Counted from the stretch's first letter, positions 19,970 to 31,273 are shown. The stretch is DNA of 64,000 nt from Bacteroidales bacterium (GCA_015654525.1 JAATGT010000033.1:4082-68081), one strand, 5' to 3'. Notes: generated from the sequence alone by a model not told the origin. Translations and numbers: made by a program.

Positions 19970-22015
19970 TTATTTTATTTCTATAAATTCCGGTTCGTAA
20001 GGAGCTATTTTAAAATTTCCATCATAGTTTTTATCTAAAAGGATACTTTTAGATTTTCCTGTCATTTTAATCTCTTTAGATTCACCACTGACATTTAGAT
20101 AAAGAAAATGATTTTTGTCAATCTGTCTGGCCATTATACCCGTAGGTACATCAGGACCTTTTTTTATGTTTAATTGATCTATAAGTTCATCAAGCAAAGG
20201 ATTAAGTATACTTCCATCAGCAGGCAGACCAACATAAATGGCTCTCCCTTTACCATATTTGTTTAAAGTCATAGTTGGATAGTCCTTATCCAGGCTGGTT
20301 ATACTTCCGATAACTTCAGCTCCTTTCGGCTCAATCACATCAAACCTTGTCGATTCTGTATCAATAGCTTTTCCTTTATATGTAAACTCGAGCTTTTTAC
20401 CTTTGTATGATTTACGGGATATTTCATTTAGATTTTCTGTCTCTTCAAAACTTGCAACCCGTATTCCGAACACATCGCTTAAACGGCCCGGTCGGGTGGA
20501 AGCAAATACTTTGCCTGTTTCGTCAACTACAGCTGAATTGCTTGTCATAATAACAGTTCCACCATTTTTTACAAAATCACGGATTTTGCTAGCAGTTGCT
20601 TCATCCATCACAGTTACACCGGGTACTATCAGCAGTTTGTATTTCAACGTACTTTTGCTTATTTCTACAACGTTAGCATCCATATTGCGATAATAAAACA
20701 GATTCCAGCAAGCTTGTAGTTGGTTATCCTGTTGTTCGGGGAAGGAACTACTTGCTATCTGGCTTGGGAAAGAAGATGCTAATCCAACTTCTGCTTGAAG
20801 TTTATAAGGGAAGAATTTCCCGATCTTTTTAAACTCAGTTGCTATTTTCTTATATTCCTCATACTTGCGGTTTGGTATGCCATCCCAATCAAGCATTCCT
20901 TCCAGATACTGTTCTTCTCCAGCGTGCATACTTTGCCATGTCCATCCGCAAACCATTTGATTACCATACATCAGTGTAGCGTAAGCCGATTTACGGATAG
21001 AATTTGGCACCGCTGTCATGGTCGTAAACTCGCTACACCAAAATGGATTTGTGCTTTCAAATTGAATACGTGAAATTCCAAATGCAGAGTTCATAACTCC
21101 CCAATTAGTAGTTAATGAGTTTCCCGGATAGAAGCCGCAACCTTCGCGAGTCATTTTGCCCGAATAGGCCATCTCTGCATAGTCAAAATATTTCAAAGGG
21201 CTGTAATACCATGCATTAGTATTCGTTAATACATTTGGTGCATTGATATTTACCTTATCAATTACTTTAAAAAGAAACTGATTGACTTCATCTGAAACAA
21301 AGCGTCTGAAATCGAGGACTCTTTCAGGAGCACCAATTACCGAACTTGAAATTGGCAAACCAACTTCTTCAAAGTCGTTAATTCTCCGTGACCAACGCTG
21401 ACCTGCCCATGCTTTATTTAAGCTCTCAGCATTGTTATACTTATTCTTTAACCAGAGTATAAACCTTTCCCTTGTTGCTTCGGAATAGGAGATCGGACCG
21501 TCGCCCGATTCATTATCTATACCAAAAGCCAATAATGCAGGATGTTTTGCATACCGCTTTGTAATGGCATCGGTGTAATGTAGCGCATATTTCTGATAGT
21601 TTGGATCTCCAATATCATCCATGTAGCGGTGGTTTGCATAAAGCTGATGTTCATTGGGATCAACAATATCTATCGTTGGAAATCTCTTATGCAACCAAAT
21701 TGGGGCTGGTCGTATTGCTATATCCAAAATTACTTTAATTCCAGCCTCATTCATCAAATCCATCACCTTGTCGAACCATTCAAAATCGAATTGCCCTTCT
21801 GCCGGTTCATAACTGTCCCAAGCCAAATGACCCATACGGACAGAAGTAAACCCGGCAGCTTTCATCAGTTGGATGTCACTTTTGATTTTTTCAATATTCT
21901 TATCATCATGTGGATGATAATTAGTTCCAACATACAATCCCTGACCTTTTAATACAGGACTAAAAAAAATAGAGATTAGAATTAGAAACAAAATTGTGGT
22001 CTTACTCTTTTTCAT
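19970..22015 (-). CDS. GH42-type beta-galactosidase
   Basis: GTNYHP, AWDSYEPAEGQFDFEW, IDNE acid/base, WCSEF nucleophile, trimerisation domain (FVKNGG). Confidence 0.82.
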   Translation of the reverse strand: MKKSKTTILFLILISIFFSPVLKGQGLYVGTNYHPHDDKNIEKIKSDIQLMKAAGFTSVRMGHLAWDSYEPAEGQFDFEWFDKVMDLMNEAGIKVILDIAIRPAPIWLHKRFPTIDIVDPNEHQLYANHRYMDDIGDPNYQKYALHYTDAITKRYAKHPALLAFGIDNESGDGPISYSEATRERFILWLKNKYNNAESLNKAWAGQRWSRRINDFEEVGLPISSSVIGAPERVLDFRRFVSDEVNQFLFKVIDKVNINAPNVLTNTNAWYYSPLKYFDYAEMAYSGKMTREGCGFYPGNSLTTNWGVMNSAFGISRIQFESTNPFWCSEFTTMTAVPNSIRKSAYATLMYGNQMVCGWTWQSMHAGEEQYLEGMLDWDGIPNRKYEEYKKIATEFKKIGKFFPYKLQAEVGLASSFPSQIASSSFPEQQDNQLQACWNLFYYRNMDANVVEISKSTLKYKLLIVPGVTVMDEATASKIRDFVKNGGTVIMTSNSAVVDETGKVFASTRPGRLSDVFGIRVASFEETENLNEISRKSYKGKKLEFTYKGKAIDTESTRFDVIEPKGAEVIGSITSLDKDYPTMTLNKYGKGRAIYVGLPADGSILNPLLDELIDQLNIKKGPDVPTGIMARQIDKNHFLYLNVSGESKEIKMTGKSKSILLDKNYDGNFKIAPYEPEFIEIK

Positions 22016-22200
22016 ACTATCATTAAATTATTTAGATTATCCTCATCTCTATTAATTACAGATAAGATATTGATATTATTATTTAATTTCAATATCTTCA
22101 ATTACAATATTTCTGTTCACACCTCTCCACTTCTACATAGCAATGTGTTAGTTTTATTCGAAATTATTATCTACTTGGAGTCTGGGTCTTAGATAAACAG

Positions 22201-24561
22201 TTATTTCACCTGATATTTCACTCCTCTAATCGTACCTTTCTGCAGCTCGTAAGTTGTTCCCTTTTTGAAAACTTCCACTTGCACCAATTTATTATCCGCT
22301 GGCAGGCATACCAATCCTTTAGCTGTCGGTTCATCACCATATACATTTAAATCGATGTTCGACCAGTCGATTTTATCGGTACTTTGTGCAAGCTTAGCAT
22401 GAGGAATCACAGCTCCGTCGCGCACCAGAATGATACAAGGGATTGCTCCGGCTTCGATATCGTTCCAACCGCGGTTATAGGTTTTTCCTGTTTGATAATC
22501 GATCCATTTTCCACCCGGCAAATACACCTGGCGTCCTTTGGTATTTTCCATCAAAGGAGCTACATAGATGTCCGAACCAAACAAGTAAGCATCATCCACT
22601 GTCCAGGCTCCGGGATCGTTCGGGAATTCAACAAACAGCGCACGCACCATCGGCAACCCTTTTTCGGTACAGTTCTTTGCCTGGGCATAAACGTATGGCA
22701 TCAGTTTGTATTTCATTTCGGCAGCTTCGCGGAATGCCTTCACGAAACTTTGATTGTACAACCAGGGTTCTTTGGGAGGTGCTCCATGCGCCCGGCTGTG
22801 CGAAGTAAGGAATCCAAAAGGTAACCAGCGACGGTACAATGCTTCGGGTGAAGATTGGACAAATCCACCAATGTCGTGACTCCAGAATGAGAATCCACTT
22901 AATCCAAACGACAAACCGCCGCGCAATTCCGATTCCATGGCAATGTCTTTGTTGGCAGCATCGCCGCCCCAATGCAATGGATAACGTTGGCTACCGGCCC
23001 ACGCGCTACGCGCCCAGATAATGTTTTCATTGTTGGTGGCCTTGGTAACTTCGGCCACCGCTTTGTTATAGCGCAATGGATAGAGATTATGTTCGTACCA
23101 ACCGCCACGACCTGATGCATAGATTCCTTCCAACGGTGCAGCTTCGCCAAAGTCCACTTTGATAGCCCCTACGCCCATTTTGAGCAATCCGGCCAGCTTA
23201 TCCTGATACCATTTCACGGTATTGGTATTCGAGAAATCGAGCACGGCATCTTCGTACGGCATTTCGCCTTTCGAATTCTTTACATTCAGGTTTTTGTCGA
23301 TGATTTCGGGAAAAAACTTATTCTTTGGAGTGAAATAGGTAAGTTGCCACAACGAAATATGGAAACCATCCTTCTTCAAATCATTGATCATCTTTTGCGG
23401 ATCGGAGAAACGCGATGGGGCAAATTTATAATCGCACTGCCAATCGGTTTCAAACCATCCGGTATCAAAATGAATCACATCGGCAGGGATTTTATTTTCT
23501 CGCAATTTGGCTGCCACTTCATATCCTTCTTTTTGTTCGAAGTAAGTAATGCGGCTCATCCAGGTTCCAAACGACCAAAGCGGAGGCATATGTGCTTTTC
23601 CGGTGATTTCGGTATACTCGTTCAGGATATCTTTTGGTTCGCCGATGAAAACGAACAAATCCAATGCTTCATCGCCCATGAAAAGCTTATTGGCACCCAC
23701 GTACGTGTTTCCAAAATCGCAGGTAACAGGGGCTGAAGTGTGCATAAACATGCCGTAACCACGGTTACTCATAAAGAATGGAATCGGTTTATACATCTGA
23801 TCGGTTTCCGGTCCCTGCGGATCGGTAACGTATAAATTAACTTTTTGTCCGCGCTTGTCCAACTTGGTAAATGATTCTCCACAACCAAATATCTTTTCGT
23901 TGGGCGAAAGCGAAAATACCGGATTAATCTCACGGCTGTTGTCTGCACCCTTTTTAATAAAGTTGAAAGGCAGGATCTTTACCTGCGACGAGTCATTATC
24001 ATTCCAACGCCAGGTATCAGTCAGGCGGTTTCCTTTAGCATCCATCAACACAATGCGGAATGGATTAACTTCAATCAGTAATTTTCCAAACGCACTGGTA
24101 TAACTGTGTCCGGTATTGGTTTTGGCATATTTCCACGAGCTGTCTTTGCTCGGTTCTTTTACCAACATAGGTGAATCGAAAGGCTTCGGCTCCATCGGAG
24201 TCGTCAGCATTTTGATGCGTAAAGTTCGCGGCGTAATAAACTCTACCGTGAAGCTCAGTTCCGGATTCTGCTGATAGGCTGCACCCGGAAAATCGAGCAT
24301 TGTCAAATCCTGCGGCAAGATAGTGTTTACGTTAAAAGCCTGACGGGTGTAAAGCGACGACCGTTTCCAACTTATCTTTCCTTTAGCAGTAGCCGGGTCA
24401 AAACTAGCCAGTTTATCGGCAAAGAAAAATGTGTTATGAAAATCTTTGAAATCGAGACTCATATCCACGGGATCGCCGAGGAGTCGTTTCTGTTGTGCCA
24501 TAAGCGGTTGTAAACAATTGCAAGCCAACAAAAGCAAAGCGGGAATGATTTGTTTTTTCAT
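22201..24561 (-). CDS. GH31 alpha-xylosidase (YicI-like)
   Basis: YKPIPFFMS, IKVDFGE, WGGD, WSHDIGGF, HSRAHG. Confidence 0.88.
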   Translation of the reverse strand: MKKQIIPALLLLACNCLQPLMAQQKRLLGDPVDMSLDFKDFHNTFFFADKLASFDPATAKGKISWKRSSLYTRQAFNVNTILPQDLTMLDFPGAAYQQNPELSFTVEFITPRTLRIKMLTTPMEPKPFDSPMLVKEPSKDSSWKYAKTNTGHSYTSAFGKLLIEVNPFRIVLMDAKGNRLTDTWRWNDNDSSQVKILPFNFIKKGADNSREINPVFSLSPNEKIFGCGESFTKLDKRGQKVNLYVTDPQGPETDQMYKPIPFFMSNRGYGMFMHTSAPVTCDFGNTYVGANKLFMGDEALDLFVFIGEPKDILNEYTEITGKAHMPPLWSFGTWMSRITYFEQKEGYEVAAKLRENKIPADVIHFDTGWFETDWQCDYKFAPSRFSDPQKMINDLKKDGFHISLWQLTYFTPKNKFFPEIIDKNLNVKNSKGEMPYEDAVLDFSNTNTVKWYQDKLAGLLKMGVGAIKVDFGEAAPLEGIYASGRGGWYEHNLYPLRYNKAVAEVTKATNNENIIWARSAWAGSQRYPLHWGGDAANKDIAMESELRGGLSFGLSGFSFWSHDIGGFVQSSPEALYRRWLPFGFLTSHSRAHGAPPKEPWLYNQSFVKAFREAAEMKYKLMPYVYAQAKNCTEKGLPMVRALFVEFPNDPGAWTVDDAYLFGSDIYVAPLMENTKGRQVYLPGGKWIDYQTGKTYNRGWNDIEAGAIPCIILVRDGAVIPHAKLAQSTDKIDWSNIDLNVYGDEPTAKGLVCLPADNKLVQVEVFKKGTTYELQKGTIRGVKYQVK

Positions 24562-24578
24562 TTTGTACGAAATAAAGT

Positions 24579-24675
24579 CCCCTAACCCTTAAAAGGGAAT
24601 AGAGAGTTTGGTTATGAAAATATTAGTATCAATTATAAATTAAATTACTCTTTATTCCCTTTTAAGGGCTAGGGA
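24579..24675. repeat. REP-like element: 29-bp inverted arms, each with a CCCTTAAAAGGG core
   Basis: Arms 24579-24607 and 24647-24675 match 26/29 as reverse complements. Confidence 0.8.
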
Positions 24676-26844
24676 TAATATCTTTGTCAGTTTTATATCT
24701 GCCGATGAACTACCAACCATCAACTTCACGTTCCCCTTTTCAACGATAAAAGTGTGCTTTTCTACATTCCAATAAGCCAAATCTTCCGCTTTCAACGGAA
24801 TTTCTACCGTTTTCGATTCACCGGCAGGAATAAACACCCGTTTAAACCCTTTCAGTTGTCTCATCGGGCGTTCCACTTTCGAACCGGGATAAGAAACATA
24901 CAATTGAACCACTTCGTCGCCATCTCGCTTGCCGGTGTTCTTTATACTTACTGATGCAATGATAGAATCAGAAAGAGTCGGTTTTGATGTTTTCAACCCG
25001 GAATATTCAAACGAAGTATAACTCAAACCAAATCCGAAAGGATAAAGCGGTTTGCCTTTGAAGTATTGGTATGTTCTGCCATGACGAATATCGTAATCCA
25101 TCATCGGCGGCAGGTCCGTAATGCTTTTCACCCAGGTTTGATTGGTTCGCCCGGCCGGATTGACATCACCAAAAATCACATCAACCAAACCATTGCCTAA
25201 TTCCTGGCTGTTGTTGGTAATATGCAAAATAGCTGGGACATTGTCCTGCGACCAGTTGATGGCAAACGGGAAGTTACTCACCAATACCATAACCGTTTTT
25301 GGATTGGCTTGTGCCACCACCTTCACTAAGTCTTCTTGTTCCAATGTTATTGATTTACGGTCTACTCCTTCCCGTCCATCACTCGGTACTGGCGAAACCA
25401 TCCAGCGCGCGTCGGTTCCGTAAGGATGATTGCCTACACAAACAATCGCCACATCAGCTTTGCGGGCAGCAATGATTGCCTTGTCCATTTGGTTGGACGG
25501 AGCATAAAACACCTCAACATCTTTTCCAACGGCATTTTTGATTCCCTGCAAGATAGTTACTGCATATGGTGGCGTTCCGCTGTACCAGTCGAACAGAACT
25601 TCATCAGCCCGAGGTCCGATGACGGCAATGGATTTGATTTTCGATTTATTTAGTGGCAACAGATTCGAGCTGTTTTTGAGCAAAACCACCGATTTAGCCG
25701 TTACCTTACGCACAAAAGCTTTGATCTGCGGTTTGTTCCATGGCGAAACGGTATCGGTTACGCCAATGTTAGCATACGGCACGTTAGTTTGATCACCATC
25801 CAGCAATCCCAGTTTCAATGCCACGAAAAAATTTCCTCGGATAGCATTATCTATGTCTTTCTCATTCAGTAAGCCTTTCTTTAATGCCTCGTAAATGTAG
25901 GGCTTAAATGTGTCGAGGAATTGACCCACAGAAGCTTTAACTACAGCTGCAGCACCTTCAGTCATTGTTGGGAATGCTTTGTGCGCATTCACCAGCAAGG
26001 TAAGCGCCCCTCCATCGGTACAGATAATGCCGTTATTTCCCCATTCATCGCGGGTAATATTTTTTAATACCGGATTTATAGTCATTGGTACCCCATTCCA
26101 GGCATTGTACGAAGCCATAAATGCACGCGAACCGCCTTCGGTAATTCCTTTATAAAAAGGAAAAGAATAGTATTCGCGGAAAAGTCGTTCATCAAAATTT
26201 GACGAAGTCGAATCGCGGCCATCCTCGTTACTGTTGGCCAGGAAATGTTTCATGAGCGAAGCGGACTTCCAGTATTTGGGATCATTTCCCTGTAACCCTT
26301 TCACAAAAGCTACTGTAAGTCGCGAGCCCAAAAATGCATCTTCACCATAGCTTTCTTCAGTACGTCCCCAACGAGGATCGCGAGCCAAATCAGCATTCGG
26401 AGCACGCAGCACCATGCCACCTTTTTGTAAATTTGGGTTTTGTGCATAAAAGCGTATTTCGGTAGCTTCAACATCAGCCACTTTTTGAATCAGTTCTGTG
26501 TCCCAAGTCTCACCGAGTCCGTAAGCCTGTGGAAAAATAGTTGTTGGATAAGTTTTAGGAATGTGACCAACTGCAGAGAAGTCGCCCCAATTGCCGGGAC
26601 CACCAAGTGCCATACCATGCAACCCTTCGGAGTGTCCGGTATTACGAATGCCCAAGCGGGGAACACCTAAATTGGTAGAAAGGGCATTCACTTTTTCATC
26701 CAAAGTCATTAACGAGAGAAGGTTATCGACTCGTTTATCGTCGGACAAAGCAATATTTTGGAAAGGATAAACTGTTGTCTGGGCCGCCAATGGGAGTTGC
26801 AGCGAAAAAAGCAGAACGGCTAGTTTGAATGTGTTGATTTTCAT
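24652..26844 (-). CDS. GH3 beta-xylosidase/beta-glucosidase
   Basis: EGLHG, RDPRWGRTEESYGED, KHF, ICTDGG, FGFGLSYT. Confidence 0.9.
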   Translation of the reverse strand: MKINTFKLAVLLFSLQLPLAAQTTVYPFQNIALSDDKRVDNLLSLMTLDEKVNALSTNLGVPRLGIRNTGHSEGLHGMALGGPGNWGDFSAVGHIPKTYPTTIFPQAYGLGETWDTELIQKVADVEATEIRFYAQNPNLQKGGMVLRAPNADLARDPRWGRTEESYGEDAFLGSRLTVAFVKGLQGNDPKYWKSASLMKHFLANSNEDGRDSTSSNFDERLFREYYSFPFYKGITEGGSRAFMASYNAWNGVPMTINPVLKNITRDEWGNNGIICTDGGALTLLVNAHKAFPTMTEGAAAVVKASVGQFLDTFKPYIYEALKKGLLNEKDIDNAIRGNFFVALKLGLLDGDQTNVPYANIGVTDTVSPWNKPQIKAFVRKVTAKSVVLLKNSSNLLPLNKSKIKSIAVIGPRADEVLFDWYSGTPPYAVTILQGIKNAVGKDVEVFYAPSNQMDKAIIAARKADVAIVCVGNHPYGTDARWMVSPVPSDGREGVDRKSITLEQEDLVKVVAQANPKTVMVLVSNFPFAINWSQDNVPAILHITNNSQELGNGLVDVIFGDVNPAGRTNQTWVKSITDLPPMMDYDIRHGRTYQYFKGKPLYPFGFGLSYTSFEYSGLKTSKPTLSDSIIASVSIKNTGKRDGDEVVQLYVSYPGSKVERPMRQLKGFKRVFIPAGESKTVEIPLKAEDLAYWNVEKHTFIVEKGNVKLMVGSSSADIKLTKILSLALKRE

Positions 26845-26870
26845 ATGTATTCTGGATAACTGGAGTTATG

Positions 26871-26960
26871 CAAAAATAGAAATAAAAAAGGAACCGTACC
26901 GACCCGGGTGACCTGTATTATAGAGGGATATGTTTCTAATTGGGGGGCGAAATGTTATGT
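26871..26960 (-). promoter_or_regulatory. Promoter of the leftward PUL operon: -7 box TATTTTTG plus putative HTCS sites
   Basis: -7 box at 26871-26878. Upstream, AACATTTCGCCCCC and AACATATCCCTC lie 22 bp apart and resemble the repeats at 31348-31428. Confidence 0.6.
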
Positions 26961-27142
26961 TCGGAATAAGGAGGTACAAAAACAAGCATCCATCTTGTTG
27001 TTTCGTTCGTATTTCGAAAAGATATACGCCGCTGCTGCTTTTTGCAGTGTAACGCGATACAACCCGTATCTGTTTTTCCATCCAATCCGGCGGATTTTCC
27101 TGAATAATTGAGTTTCGGCAGTTCTTTCGGAAAGGTACTTCC

Positions 27143-30100
27143 TTAATTCAGAAATTTCTTTTTATATTCATTCGGACTGATACCAAATTCATCTTTAAAA
27201 TACTTCCGGAAATACTTCGGATCGTTAAAGCCTACTTGAAAAGCCACTTCGTTGACAAATAGTTGACTTTTCTCCAACAGATCAGCGGCACGTTTCAACC
27301 GAATAAACCGAATAAATTCAGAAGGAGTTTTATCGGTGAGAGAAAGTATTTTTTTATAAAAATATACCCGACTCATTCCCATCTCTCTGCATAGATCCTC
27401 TACAAGAAATTCACTGGTTGAAATATTTGCTTCTACCAAGGCTACTGCTTTCTTCACAAACTTTTCGTCCATAGTTGTTATCTGCACATCACTGGTGGTA
27501 ATATCCACTTTATGTTTAAACTGATCACGGGTTTTCTTTTGTCTTTCAAGAATACGGTTCACTTTAAGCGTAAGCATTTCCATATTAAATGGCTTTGAAA
27601 TATAATCTTCGGCTCCGGCCTCCAATCCCCGGTATTTATTTTCATCCCCGGCTTTGGCTGTAAGTAATATTATTGGAATGTGAGAAATGCGAATATCATT
27701 TTTCACCAGTTTACACAGTTCGAAACCATCCATTTTAGGCATCATCACGTCACAAATAATTAGATCGGGCATTTTGTTCAGAATAATTTGATAGGCCTTT
27801 TCACCATCCTCGGCACTCAAAATTCTATAGTTTTGGGTAAACAATGTTGTCAAAAAGTTTCTGAAATCATGATTATCATCCACAATCAACATTAATGGCA
27901 GTTTCGTTCTTTGGTCTTCAGAAACTATATCTTCTTCAAATGTAATTTCTTCCGCTGGGTCATCATTTTCTCGTTTTTGTGCTATGATTTCTTCCTGAAT
28001 ATGCTGATTAGCCGGAATCATAACAGTAAATATTGAACCTTTACCTATCTGGCTTTCAACGCCTATTACACCTTCGTGTAATTTGACGTACTCGCTAACT
28101 ATATGCAAACCAACTCCAGTTCCTGTCTGATTTCCATTCTCCGGGATTTCAACCCGATAAAATCGTTCAAAAATACGATCAAGGTCTTTGGCGGGAATGC
28201 CGATGCCACTATCAGCAACCGTGATCTTAAGCAATTTCTTATCTTCATTAAGCTGTTGGATTAAACTCATATTTACATCAATTTTTCCTGAGTTGGGTGT
28301 AAATTTAAATGCATTCGAAAGAAGGTTAAATACAATTTTCTTTATTTTCTCCGGATCAAACTCCATACGAAGCTCACTAATAGATGTTGAAAATGAAAAA
28401 TTAATAGATTTCTGATTCGCTAGCTCAGTAAACGAATAGCAAATATCTTTAATATAAGCCACCACATCGCCTACAGATATATTCAATGTGTCTTTGTGGA
28501 CATCTAGTTTTCTGAAATCTAACAGCTGATTTACCAGTTCCAGCAATCCATAAGCATTCCGTTGAATAATGGAAAGTAATGCCTTGTCTTCCTCTGCTTT
28601 GTCCTCTTTTAGTAGCTTTTCTACCGGATTAATAATTAATGTCAGTGGCGTACGAAACTCATGACTTATATTCGTGAAAAACCGGAATTTCATTTCATCC
28701 ATTTCGTGCAATTGTTTTGCTTCTTGTACCCGATGTTGATTTTCAAATTCTCGTTTTTGTTTTCTTAGATTAAAATTAATAATATACCACAGTACTACAA
28801 GGCCTAAGATAAAATAGAATGTAAAAGCCCACCATGTAAACCAGAAAGGAGGCTGAATGACAATTTCCAAAATCAGCGGCTTTGCACTCCAGGCATTATC
28901 ATTGTTGCTTGCATAAACAATGAGTTGATATGTTCCCTGATCCAGATTCGAGTAAGAAGCAGATCCTATTCCACTTTTGGTTTCCGTCCAATCTTCATCA
29001 AAACCTTTTAGTTTATAACGATAACGATTTTTTTCAGGATGGATATAGCTCAATGCAGAAAAGTTTACTGTAAAATTCTTTTCATCATAATGCAAAACAA
29101 TCCGACTCTTATCTGTAATAGAACTATCCAATATAATCCGGTTCTTGTACTTCTTTCCGGGCACTATTTCTTCATTTCCAATCAGCAATTCTGTGAAATG
29201 TGGTTGTGGCAGGATGGTATTAAAATGAATATTCTGAGGGTCGAAGACTGTATAACCTTTCGTGCAGCCGATAAAGATCTTACCTTGTTTGTTTTTAAAT
29301 ATTGCATTCTGATTAAAAATAGAACCTAACAATCCATCGTTTTCATCAAAGGAAACGACATTATATCGGTATTCTTTTGTTTTAGAATCGGTAGAGCAAT
29401 AAATACAAGCTAGCCCATTTCGCGTTCCAGCCCATATATTCCCACTGTTATCCTCAACCAAAGAAACAACCTGATCGCTTGGTAATCCCGAAGATTTATT
29501 GATATAGCTTATCGATTTTTTTTGAGAATTATAAATATTTATTCCGTTGTCTGTCGCAATCCAAAGTTGGTTTCGGCTATCGATAAGAGTATTATAAATG
29601 ATTAAATCAGAAAGTTTATTCTGCTGCGAACGTCCTTTAAAAACAGGAATAATGGTATTCTTTGAGGTATTTAAAAGATCAATTCCTGACGCTGTACTGA
29701 CATATACCATATTAGCATCTTTTGAATACATCGACAAAATGAAATTAGAAGACATCCCGGGGACATTACCGACATCGTGCCGGCGAAAGTTTTTTCTTGT
29801 GACATCCAGTTGGTCTACTCCACCACCAAGAGTTCCGATCCAAAGATTCTGTTGCGGATCCTCTATAAGACCATAAACGCTTTTATTCGAGAGTGAGTTC
29901 GGGTTATTTACATCTGGAAAATAATGAACAAATTTTTCACTGACCATCTGATTCAGGCCTCCAAGAAAAGTTCCAAACCACATTGATCCTTTTTTATCCT
30001 GCAATACGGAAGTGATAATGTCAGACGAAATACTCGACAAATCTCCTTTTTGATTGCGATAAAGACGAAAATTCTGGCTCTCGGTTTCCCATTTCAGCAC

Positions 30101-31273
30101 GCCACTTCCATTGGTCCCTATCCATAAATTCCCTTTCATATCTTCGTAGAGGGCGTTACAATCTCTGGTTTCCAGGTCCGGATTATGATAGAAGAATAAT
30201 GGGGACTTGTCAAATTTAAACATTCCCGGATGATAATATGAAACTCCATTTTTATAGGTTCCCACCCACATTATTCCGGTATTATCGCAATACAAACTAA
30301 TAGCTGAATTTTGGCTTAATGAATTCGGATTCATTGGATCATTCCGAAGGATTGTAATTTCATTGCTTACCTTATCATAAATATTAATTCCCCCGTGATC
30401 GGTAGCAATCCATATTCTTGATCTTTTGTCCTGTGCAATAGAACGCACAAAGTTAGAACTAATAAAATGGCCTATAGACCCTTGAAAATCCTTTTTATCG
30501 TTTCCAAAAAAATGCCATTCGGATCTGGATAAATCATAGTATAAAACCCCTTTATCGCTAATGCCGGGATAAACCCATGGGCAACCATTGGCATCCAAAT
30601 ACAGATTTTTACCAATCGTAGAGCCTGTTGCATTCTGAGCCACATAAGCATTTCTAAAATCTACTTTCTTTGCCTTTTCATTGAAACGTTCTAATAATCC
30701 GGACTGAAACAAAATCCAAAAAAATCCTTGTCTAACTCTTATACTTTTAATTGTTCCAAGACTAAGAGATTTTGGGTTTATTGATTGTTTATAATGAATA
30801 AGTTTTTTGAGTTTTACATCATATTTATATATCCCATCATTAGGTTTGTATAAATAAAAATTTTTCTGAGAATCTATTTCAATAAGTGACGGAACAAAAT
30901 GAATACCTAAAGGAGAAAGTATTGTTGATAAATTACGAATAAATTTCTCTGTTCTAATATTGTAAATAATATAGGTTGAATTGCTTCTTATCCACAAATT
31001 ACCTGAGGCATCTTCTTTAATATCACTAATAGCGTTTGCTATCAGGCTAGTAGTGTCATTCTTGATAGATTTGTAAATTCGGGAGTTGTATCCGTCGTAT
31101 CGATTTAATCCATAGTTTGTCCCGATCCACATAAAGCCACGACTATCTTTGAAAATACATTCAATTTGATTGTTCGATAAACCGTGAGTATTATCTAACC
31201 GTGCGAAATTATAAGTTTCAGCTTTCACACTAAGTGCAACAATTAGGACTAAAAATAATAGGTGTCTTTTCAT
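27143..31273 (-). CDS. Hybrid two-component sensor kinase/AraC regulator (HTCS)
   Basis: Reg_prop propeller repeats, Y_Y_Y domain, TM, SHEFRTPLT, HATPase GTGVGL, receiver DVMMP, AraC HTH. Likely start MKRHLL at 31273; -7 box TACATTTG at 31303-31310. Confidence 0.95.
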   Translation of the reverse strand: MKRHLLFLVLIVALSVKAETYNFARLDNTHGLSNNQIECIFKDSRGFMWIGTNYGLNRYDGYNSRIYKSIKNDTTSLIANAISDIKEDASGNLWIRSNSTYIIYNIRTEKFIRNLSTILSPLGIHFVPSLIEIDSQKNFYLYKPNDGIYKYDVKLKKLIHYKQSINPKSLSLGTIKSIRVRQGFFWILFQSGLLERFNEKAKKVDFRNAYVAQNATGSTIGKNLYLDANGCPWVYPGISDKGVLYYDLSRSEWHFFGNDKKDFQGSIGHFISSNFVRSIAQDKRSRIWIATDHGGINIYDKVSNEITILRNDPMNPNSLSQNSAISLYCDNTGIMWVGTYKNGVSYYHPGMFKFDKSPLFFYHNPDLETRDCNALYEDMKGNLWIGTNGSGVLKWETESQNFRLYRNQKGDLSSISSDIITSVLQDKKGSMWFGTFLGGLNQMVSEKFVHYFPDVNNPNSLSNKSVYGLIEDPQQNLWIGTLGGGVDQLDVTRKNFRRHDVGNVPGMSSNFILSMYSKDANMVYVSTASGIDLLNTSKNTIIPVFKGRSQQNKLSDLIIYNTLIDSRNQLWIATDNGINIYNSQKKSISYINKSSGLPSDQVVSLVEDNSGNIWAGTRNGLACIYCSTDSKTKEYRYNVVSFDENDGLLGSIFNQNAIFKNKQGKIFIGCTKGYTVFDPQNIHFNTILPQPHFTELLIGNEEIVPGKKYKNRIILDSSITDKSRIVLHYDEKNFTVNFSALSYIHPEKNRYRYKLKGFDEDWTETKSGIGSASYSNLDQGTYQLIVYASNNDNAWSAKPLILEIVIQPPFWFTWWAFTFYFILGLVVLWYIINFNLRKQKREFENQHRVQEAKQLHEMDEMKFRFFTNISHEFRTPLTLIINPVEKLLKEDKAEEDKALLSIIQRNAYGLLELVNQLLDFRKLDVHKDTLNISVGDVVAYIKDICYSFTELANQKSINFSFSTSISELRMEFDPEKIKKIVFNLLSNAFKFTPNSGKIDVNMSLIQQLNEDKKLLKITVADSGIGIPAKDLDRIFERFYRVEIPENGNQTGTGVGLHIVSEYVKLHEGVIGVESQIGKGSIFTVMIPANQHIQEEIIAQKRENDDPAEEITFEEDIVSEDQRTKLPLMLIVDDNHDFRNFLTTLFTQNYRILSAEDGEKAYQIILNKMPDLIICDVMMPKMDGFELCKLVKNDIRISHIPIILLTAKAGDENKYRGLEAGAEDYISKPFNMEMLTLKVNRILERQKKTRDQFKHKVDITTSDVQITTMDEKFVKKAVALVEANISTSEFLVEDLCREMGMSRVYFYKKILSLTDKTPSEFIRFIRLKRAADLLEKSQLFVNEVAFQVGFNDPKYFRKYFKDEFGISPNEYKKKFLN

